Assembly: GCA_973895155.1 (NCBI GenBank)
Contig: OZ316897.1
Coordinates: 14,879,375 to 14,943,374, forward strand
Length of the DNA: 64,000 nucleotides
Source of the DNA: Marsupella aquatica
Taxonomy: Eukaryota; Plantae; Marchantiophyta
Direction: 5' to 3'
Part shown: positions 62,901-64,000 of the stretch, piece after piece
Numbering within the stretch: the first letter of the stretch is position 1
How the letters are laid out: each line of letters begins with the position of its first letter
Notes under the pieces: generated by a model
Databases searched by the model: none
What the model saw: the letters and a program-made list of their open reading frames with translations, nothing else
Told to the model about the DNA's origin: nothing
Program-made: the position numbers and the translations under genes

Positions 62901-63733
62901 GCAGAGATGCTTGCAATCAAGCCAACCGATCGCTTAAGGTGGGTGTGCTAGGTTTTTATCATTGACTCTAGAGATTTGTTTGGGTTTCTGGTTTGACTTG
63001 TGCTGATCTCTTAAAATCTACCTACGTGTCCTGTACCTCAACTATAAACCTGCGGTAGAATGACATTGTGATTTTTCGATGCAGTTGCAAGGATGCGTTG
63101 AGGCATCCGTTCCTCTGTGGGCCTATGTGGCGAGTAGCACCATCTATTGATATGACAAGGTGGAGTATTGGGTCCACAACAGTCCGAATAGTCGAGGAAT
63201 ATATTTACGGTCCCCAACAGGTTTGTGTTCTTACCTAATGAAAGAAGCTCGAACTTGCCTGTGTCAAACGCTTGCAAGGTTGATCTATTGTGCCACGGAG
63301 AGAATCTGAACGAGAACATAGTTCGAGGGAACTCCACGAGTTAAGTTTGAGGACTAATGTCCCACAAGTTAGATATGAGATCCATTGATTTGTCTGATTG
63401 GCAAGATTTCAAATCTTGATTCCAAAGGTTAGAGATTAAGATTTACTGTTCATGAGCCTTGTAATGATCACTTTCCTTCTGTTTGTGAGAGGATCACGTC
63501 AACTTTATAGGCAACGTTCGTTATAAAGGATTACGAGATGTTCTGGCTTTCGCATATCTAGTAGTCTCTGATTGTGATTAAGAAGGTTTTGAACACGCTG
63601 TTGCTATTTCACCACTCCCAACCCATGTTCGACCGTTCTGATTAGTGCGTTATCGGATTTTCCTGTACAGCGAAATAGATTGTCGAAGCTGGTTGAAATT
63701 TTGGAGAGAATGAACCCCAACAGCACCTCCGAG
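59931..63733 (+). CDS. ORG1: Plastid protein-kinase-like/fibrillin protein (ORG1/FBN11/PAP14 type), 3'-incomplete; exons 59931-60308, 60674-60717, 60933-61011, 61210-61329, 61604-61786, 61981-62067, 62177-62298, 62457-62544, 62658-62738, 62862-62938, 63085-63220, 63671-63733
   Basis: Twelve GT-AG exons splice in frame: FKLSDFELCSHVSVGLAGK/GDEVLFEG../YHGSYSLHQWL...GGPAVSRQLRLVRILMRDLLIG/VNYMHSRGYAHTQLHLKN../CKDALRHPFLCGP. Transit-peptide-like N-terminus; likely 5' UTR intron ~58883-59896. The fibrillin domain is expected beyond the window. Confidence 0.88.
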
Positions 63734-64000
63734 GTACACATCAAGGCATTCCTGTCGCAAATCAAAGCTAGTTCGAAATGGTGTGTCGCTATTCTGTAAC
63801 ACTTTCGTGATTCGGGACATGTTCTTTTTCCCTTGCTGATAAATGCGGAAGTTTCTTGCTTCTTACCCGTTTGAAGCTGGTGAATTGTATTTTCATTTGG
63901 GTTTGCCTCTTTCTTTTACATCATCGGATTTCTCTTCTATTAAATTGGTGATTAGTTTGGGTGATTGGTTCACAATTTAGTCTTCACTTTCATGTCAGGG

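Noticed and set aside
32008-63733. Functional gene cluster of plastid genes (decarboxylase, CAO, ORG1)
   Set aside because: No shared pathway; the genes are separated by TEs and an unrelated SFT2 gene, so proximity is likely coincidental.

Overview
Eukaryotic nuclear DNA with GT-AG introns, most likely from a non-seed land plant (bryophyte-like; inferred from gene content and intron style). The first ~27 kb is gene-poor: decayed coding-like tracts, a multi-exon pseudogene of unknown family, short Helitrons, a tRNA-derived SINE and MITEs. Five intact genes follow. (1) An intronless mitochondrial PDH E2 with an unusually altered catalytic domain (27313-29034 +). (2) A 3-exon, apparently plastid-targeted pyruvoyl-dependent arginine decarboxylase of the prokaryotic Chlamydia AaxB/archaeal PdaD type (32008-33590 +). 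This is the most striking feature; it has a hexapeptide uORF and a perfect hairpin upstream and a 178-bp tandem array downstream. (3) A 6-exon SFT2/Got1 vesicle-transport gene (36808-38832 -). (4) An intronless chlorophyllide a oxygenase (41523-43532 -). (5) An ORG1/FBN11-type pseudokinase-fibrillin gene running off the right end (59931 onward, +). Between CAO and ORG1 lie several tandem arrays, a 3.2-kb solo LTR with a 5-bp TSD, a CRE-like LINE fragment and an inverted MITE pair. All exon structures and family assignments were made by eye without database searches.
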